A stretch of 64,000 nucleotides of DNA from Gammaproteobacteria bacterium (GTDB taxonomy: Bacteria; Pseudomonadota; Gammaproteobacteria; Eutrophobiales; Eutrophobiaceae), in assembly GCA_030829985.1 (NCBI GenBank), contig JAURNW010000011.1, forward strand, positions 79,086 through 143,085, read 5' to 3'. A program made the position numbers and the translations under genes. The notes under the pieces were generated by a model. That model searched no databases, was not told where the DNA came from, and saw nothing but the letters and a program-made list of their open reading frames with translations. How positions within the stretch are numbered: position 1 is the first letter of the stretch; each line of letters opens with the position of its first letter. Positions 59,634 through 64,000 of this stretch are shown piece by piece.

Positions 59634-60571
59634 TGCTGTTGACCTTCTTTCAGTATATGCAAGGGCACCGGTTTTAAATCTTTTGCCAACCCAAATGTTG
59701 CGAACATTTTTATTAAAATAAAACTAACATCAAGTTCACCACGATAAAAACCTTGTCGGGTTGCTGCCGGGTAACGATGGTGATTGTTATGCCAGCCTTC
59801 GCCCAGCGTTAATAAAGCCAGCCAGACATTATTACGACTGTCATCACCAGTATTAAAACGGCGCTTGCCAAATACATGCGCCAGCGAGTTTATGGTATAG
59901 GTGGCATGATAAAGAACGACCGTTGAAACAAAACCACCCCAGAACAGTAATTGCAAGCCGTTCGTATTTAACCCAGGATGATTAATAGAAAGAAAGTTTC
60001 CCAGAAGAAAACAACAACAAAACATTAAAAGGAAGGGTATCCAGTCAACTCTTTCCAATAATTTTAATTCAGGGTAACGCAACAGGTCTTTGATACGATC
60101 ATCGTGTAAAGGAAAATTTCCACGTCGCAAGAACCAGAGAAGATGACTATTAAGAAACCCGTTTTTTGGAGAATGCGGATCAGTATGTGTATCTGAGTTG
60201 ATATGATGGCCGCGATGATGACTTGCCCACCAAAGTGGTCCACGTTGTCCAGCCGTACAACCGGCAACTGCCATTAAAAATTGTATCGGGCGTGAAACGC
60301 TGTAGCTGCGATGTGAAAAATACCGATGATAGAATGCGGTAATGAAAAACATCCGACTGAAATAAAGAAAAACAGCCAGAATAACTGCTGCCCAACTCAC
60401 ACCAACATAGAGCACGCCAAGACATGCTATATGTATCATGATAAATACAATCAGCCTGAAACTATCAATCTTTTGTTTCTGTTGTTCATTTAATCCCTCA
60501 TATATTGATGACTCATTAAACAACCAACAACATAGTTTCTGAAACAAGGATAATTTATTTTGTGCTTTCAA
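59630..60571 (-). CDS. membrane fatty-acid (acyl-lipid/acyl-CoA) desaturase
   Basis: Three His boxes (HRYFSH, HHRGHH, HNNHH) and hydrophobic TM segments. First gene of the operon. Confidence 0.8.
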   Translation of the reverse strand: MKAQNKLSLFQKLCCWLFNESSIYEGLNEQQKQKIDSFRLIVFIMIHIACLGVLYVGVSWAAVILAVFLYFSRMFFITAFYHRYFSHRSYSVSRPIQFLMAVAGCTAGQRGPLWWASHHRGHHINSDTHTDPHSPKNGFLNSHLLWFLRRGNFPLHDDRIKDLLRYPELKLLERVDWIPFLLMFCCCFLLGNFLSINHPGLNTNGLQLLFWGGFVSTVVLYHATYTINSLAHVFGKRRFNTGDDSRNNVWLALLTLGEGWHNNHHRYPAATRQGFYRGELDVSFILIKMFATFGLAKDLKPVPLHILKEGQQQ

Positions 60572-60641
60572 TTCTGTTCTCGTAGAGATTTTTCATCTTA
60601 ATTAGTGTAGGCGGGCGGATGTGTATAACTGGTCTAGCAAG

Positions 60642-60660
60642 TGTGAAGATTATGTGAAGA
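60642..60660. promoter_or_regulatory. direct repeat TGTGAAGA-N3-TGTGAAGA (11-bp register) upstream of the desaturase operon
   Basis: Two perfect 8-mers start 11 bp apart, 70-90 bp upstream of the desaturase start codon and immediately downstream of the histidine-kinase gene. This is the geometry of an OmpR-family response-regulator site. Confidence 0.4.
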
Positions 60661-60677
60661 ACCTGCTATTATTGTTT

Positions 60678-61994
60678 TCAGTAGATAGCGGCATTGGAAA
60701 ATTCGACCGTAACCTTGGTCCCATAACCGAGTTGAGTATCGATATCGATAGGCCAATTAAACCGATCCGAAAGCATCTTGACGATGGTTAATCCTACACC
60801 ATAGCCACCACGACGCTTATTCTTGCCTTGTTTAAACGGCTTAAACATTTGCTCAACATCATCTTTATGCATGCCGATACCACTGTCTTCAATAATCAAA
60901 TTATCACCCGAAATAAGAATATTGACATTACCCTCATCAGTATAAGAGAACGCATTACGGATAAGGTTACCGATCAGGACTGACAGAACTTTGTCGGATC
61001 CATTTACAAACAATTTATTCTTTTCTTCAAAACCTACCTTTACTGGTTTGTTCAACAGAAGATCGTTTGTTCTATCTATTTCTTCAGAAACAACATCATT
61101 GATGCAAACCGGTTCTGACGATAGTTCCCTGTCTGATTCTCTCGCAAGTATTAACAACGCTTCAATCAATTCCTCCATATCCGCTGCATTTTTCTTTATA
61201 CGTAGTAATGGCCTGATTTGTGCCTCACTCAGTGAGTCATCCTCCAATAAAAAATCAGAGGCAATTTTTATAACCGTAATAGGACTGCGTAATTCATGAC
61301 TCGCATCACGCGTGAAATTTCGTTCTCGAACTACAAATGAGACTATTCTATCTGATAGATCCGATAATGCCTGCGCTAAAACAGCAACTTCCTGATCAAC
61401 ATTGTCAGGTAAAGCCGATTTTAATTTTTCAGAAAATTCTTCACTACTTGGATCGAGTTCTTCTAATGTTTTCGCTAATTTTATGATTGGTGATACCGCT
61501 TGTGACAATAAACGATATGAAACCCAACCAGATAAATAAATAACGATAAGAAAGCCGGCGAGTGGGAAGATACCAAAAAACAGAGCCAACTCACTGACCT
61601 GCTGACCATCAAATTCCAGATAGAGCGTATGACCATCGTGCTCTGATACATGCACGATATAAAAATCTGAATGACTATCGCTTAACTTATGCAGTCCGGG
61701 ATTCAGGTTAAAAATTTCTGTGGGGATTATTTTATCTCCCGGATTTAAATAACCATTCAAATTATAAGTATCAGGCCGCGGTGCATTTTTATCGGTATCA
61801 AATCGGGCCCAATAATGTGATGCTTCATCATCCAGAGCGCGTTGAATCAGGATATCGCCTATTACGAACCGGGCCGCATAAACACCCAACAATGCAACCA
61901 CACTGATTAAGACAGCCTGTAAAATAAAGGCGTTTAATAAACGTTGGTTAATTCCTGTATCAGTCTTCATCAGGATCGACCAGCCGGAAGCCAC
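60678..61994 (-). CDS. sensor histidine kinase
   Basis: Two TM segments flank a periplasmic region. The H-box is SHELRSPIT, and the N, G1 (DSGIGM) and G2 (GYGVGLT) boxes are present. Confidence 0.85.
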   Translation of the reverse strand: MASGWSILMKTDTGINQRLLNAFILQAVLISVVALLGVYAARFVIGDILIQRALDDEASHYWARFDTDKNAPRPDTYNLNGYLNPGDKIIPTEIFNLNPGLHKLSDSHSDFYIVHVSEHDGHTLYLEFDGQQVSELALFFGIFPLAGFLIVIYLSGWVSYRLLSQAVSPIIKLAKTLEELDPSSEEFSEKLKSALPDNVDQEVAVLAQALSDLSDRIVSFVVRERNFTRDASHELRSPITVIKIASDFLLEDDSLSEAQIRPLLRIKKNAADMEELIEALLILARESDRELSSEPVCINDVVSEEIDRTNDLLLNKPVKVGFEEKNKLFVNGSDKVLSVLIGNLIRNAFSYTDEGNVNILISGDNLIIEDSGIGMHKDDVEQMFKPFKQGKNKRRGGYGVGLTIVKMLSDRFNWPIDIDTQLGYGTKVTVEFSNAAIY

Positions 61995-62661
61995 TGTTTT
62001 GCATGGTTTCCATCAATGGTTTGCTAAACGGTTTGTCGATTGATTTTCTCAGATTGTACATGTGGCTTCGCAGGGTATCACTGTCGGGCAAAATATCTCC
62101 CCAGATTTGTCGTTCGATCTCACGTCTGCTAACTACACGTGGCGAAGCATGCATCAATATTTTTAATATTTTTAAACCTATGGGGGTTAGCTTGATGGGT
62201 TTATTAGCCCGTGTAACCTCCAACGTTCCTGAGTCGAATATCAAATCAGCAACCTGCAACTTTTCAGGGCTCAGCAATCCACGCTGTCTTCGTATTAATG
62301 CCCTTAGTCTCGCCTCCAGTTCTTTAATCTCGAATGGCTTAACCAGATAATCATCGGCGCCCGCATCTAACCCGGCAATTTTATCCTGTAATGTATCTCT
62401 AGCCGTCAAGATTAATATCGGTACGGCACGTTTCGCCTGATTGCGTATTTTTTCCAATACGGCGATACCGTCCATTCCCGGCAGCATTTGATCAAGGATA
62501 ATCGCATCGTAATCATTGCTTACGGCAAGATGTAAACCGGTAATGCCATCGGCGGCATGGTCCATCACGTAATCGGAACGTTCCATGTATTCACATATCA
62601 TTTCTGCGATATCTTGATGGTCTTCAATCAACAATAGATGACCTTGAGTGTTAGTAGGCAT
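61960..62661 (-). CDS. OmpR-family DNA-binding response regulator
   Basis: Receiver domain (LLIEDHQDIAEM...IILDQMLPGMDG) and a C-terminal winged-helix trans_reg_C domain. Confidence 0.85.
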   Translation of the reverse strand: MPTNTQGHLLLIEDHQDIAEMICEYMERSDYVMDHAADGITGLHLAVSNDYDAIILDQMLPGMDGIAVLEKIRNQAKRAVPILILTARDTLQDKIAGLDAGADDYLVKPFEIKELEARLRALIRRQRGLLSPEKLQVADLIFDSGTLEVTRANKPIKLTPIGLKILKILMHASPRVVSRREIERQIWGDILPDSDTLRSHMYNLRKSIDKPFSKPLMETMQNSGFRLVDPDED

Positions 62662-63036
62662 GCTCAGACCCTGAGGATTAAATATTTAGCATTACACAGC
62701 AACGGATGTGATGACTACGTGAAATTGCATAATTTTCTTGCTGAAGGCCTATAGATTCGTCGCTAAAGCTATTCATGGGGTAAATTGAAGCGTATAAGAG
62801 CAATTAGTAAACTCGAATTAACCGCTCATGTGGGCAAACCTCTTTAATTCAAGCTTATTCTTTACCATTTTGTGTAATACAGCATAAGTGTTTCAAGGAA
62901 GTAAAGCGGTGTTTGGGTGATTTCAGTTATCTAGTGAATTTATCAAGTAGCGGTATGACCAGTTTATTAGGTATACTTTTGCCTCTGGAATCGAGACACT
63001 CCGGAATTATCGGACAATTACCCTTGGGGATGAGTA

Positions 63037-63843
63037 ATGAGTAAAGAACAAGATAAAATATTTTTCAGAAATTTTTCACTGGCACTAGGCGTCATCGCCG
63101 TCATGATGGTGGTATTTTTTGTCGTCGCACAATTTGCTGCTTCAGATGATGAGGCAGAAGCTAAAATGCGTGCCGTAAAAGTAGCTGAGATTACTAAACC
63201 GGTAGGACAAGTTACTGCCGTTGGTGAAGAGGTAGAAATGGCTGCTGAAGAAATGACCGCCTCTACAGCTGGGGAAGCAAGTGGCGATGTAGGTAAAACA
63301 GTTTATGACGGACTCTGTGTTAATTGTCACGGTATCCCGGCAATGGCATCCATGATTCCACAAACGGGTGACGCGGCTGCTTGGGCTGCCCGCGTAGAAA
63401 AGGGCAAGGATACGCTCTATGACCATGCCATTAATGGTTTTGTCGGAGAGATGGGAATGATGCCTGCCAGAGGCAGCAACCCTAAACTGACAGATGACGA
63501 GGTCAAAGCCGCCGTAGATCACATGTTAGCTCAACTTGATGCAACGCCTGCCGCTGAATCAACTGAAATCGCGGCTGCTGATAGTGATGCTGGCAAAACT
63601 GTTTATGATGGCTTATGTGTAAACTGCCATGGTATAGCGGCATTAGCCTCTATGATTCCACAAACGGGGGATGCAACTGCATGGGGTCCACGCATCGAGA
63701 AAGGCATGGATACTCTGTATGACCATGCAATCAATGGTTTTGTTGGGGAGTTAGGGATGATGCCGGGCAAAGGCGGCAACATAAAACTCAGCGATGATGA
63801 AGTTAAAGCTGCCGTAGATTACATGGTGAACCAGACTAAATAA
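63037..63843 (+). CDS. membrane-anchored diheme c-type cytochrome (tandem c5-like domains)
   Basis: N-terminal TM anchor and two roughly 85%-identical modules, each with CVNCHG haem-binding sites (KTVYDGLCVNCHGI...). Confidence 0.8.
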   Translation: MSKEQDKIFFRNFSLALGVIAVMMVVFFVVAQFAASDDEAEAKMRAVKVAEITKPVGQVTAVGEEVEMAAEEMTASTAGEASGDVGKTVYDGLCVNCHGIPAMASMIPQTGDAAAWAARVEKGKDTLYDHAINGFVGEMGMMPARGSNPKLTDDEVKAAVDHMLAQLDATPAAESTEIAAADSDAGKTVYDGLCVNCHGIAALASMIPQTGDATAWGPRIEKGMDTLYDHAINGFVGELGMMPGKGGNIKLSDDEVKAAVDYMVNQTK

Positions 63844-63892
63844 TCATTATCGGGAATAGGCTAAACCTATTCCATCGACAACAAATACAATA

Positions 63893-63919
63893 AAGGGAGC
63901 TGATGCTCCCTTTATTTTT
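63893..63919 (+). terminator. rho-independent terminator after the cytochrome c gene
   Basis: Stem AAGGGAGC/GCTCCCTT with loop TGAT, followed by TTTATTTTT. It is preceded by a second perfect hairpin GGAATAGG/CCTATTCC at 63853-63873. Confidence 0.75.
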
Positions 63920-64000
63920 CAACATTATTTAAGTCTTAAGCCAGCCTGATAGGACTCTTCAGATAATTCATCCCAGCCTTCATAACTGGTCCTAAAGGTT

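Overview
This 64-kb window is a chromosomal, mostly core-genome segment of a low-GC (about 40%) gammaproteobacterium; no phage, integrase or CRISPR content was seen. Gene order matches Pseudomonas-type synteny: ychF-pth-rplY-prs-tRNA-Gln-ispE-lolB-TPR on the minus strand, divergent from hemA-prfA-prmC-moeB, with engB divergent from cytochrome c4-dsbA. Annotated content, in order: a five-gene co-directional amide-ligase/hydrolase operon (C39-like peptidase fragment, RimK-like ATP-grasp, GCS2 ligase, N-formylglutamate-amidohydrolase-like, M42-like peptidase); translation and housekeeping genes; cioAB-type cytochrome bd oxidase; a disrupted DmdB-like acyl-CoA synthetase; a PAS-GGDEF cyclase; lpxR-like/dgkA, tpx, gcvH; an iron module (FbpABC-type transporter, TonB-dependent receptor, bfd, bfr) with four Fur-box-like sites; lemA plus a GIDE-like/EF-hand membrane protein; prlC, ygiM-like, xthA, rpmE, a secreted thermonuclease, an M48 peptidase; photolyase; purK-purE; a fabI / acetate kinase / MaoC-PTA fusion operon; and a ten-gene lipid-modification operon next to a two-component system, then a diheme cytochrome c. 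The observations most worth follow-up are: (1) the uncharacterised ATP-grasp + GCS2 + FGase + M42 operon at 1-4940; (2) two tandem, unannotated 24-aa PqqA-like precursor peptide genes on the minus strand (44837-45020) with no pqqBCDE in the window; (3) a candidate Spot42/ErsA-like small RNA convergent with engB (about 42476-42618) beside a perfect head-to-head DnaA-box pair; (4) a furan-fatty-acid-like lipid operon (desaturase / FAD oxidoreductase / DUF1365 / CFA-synthase-like methyltransferase / DUF1295 and others, 52285-60571) with an OmpR-type direct-repeat site from the adjacent two-component system; and (5) an unusual pta(MaoC fusion)-ackA-fabI operon.
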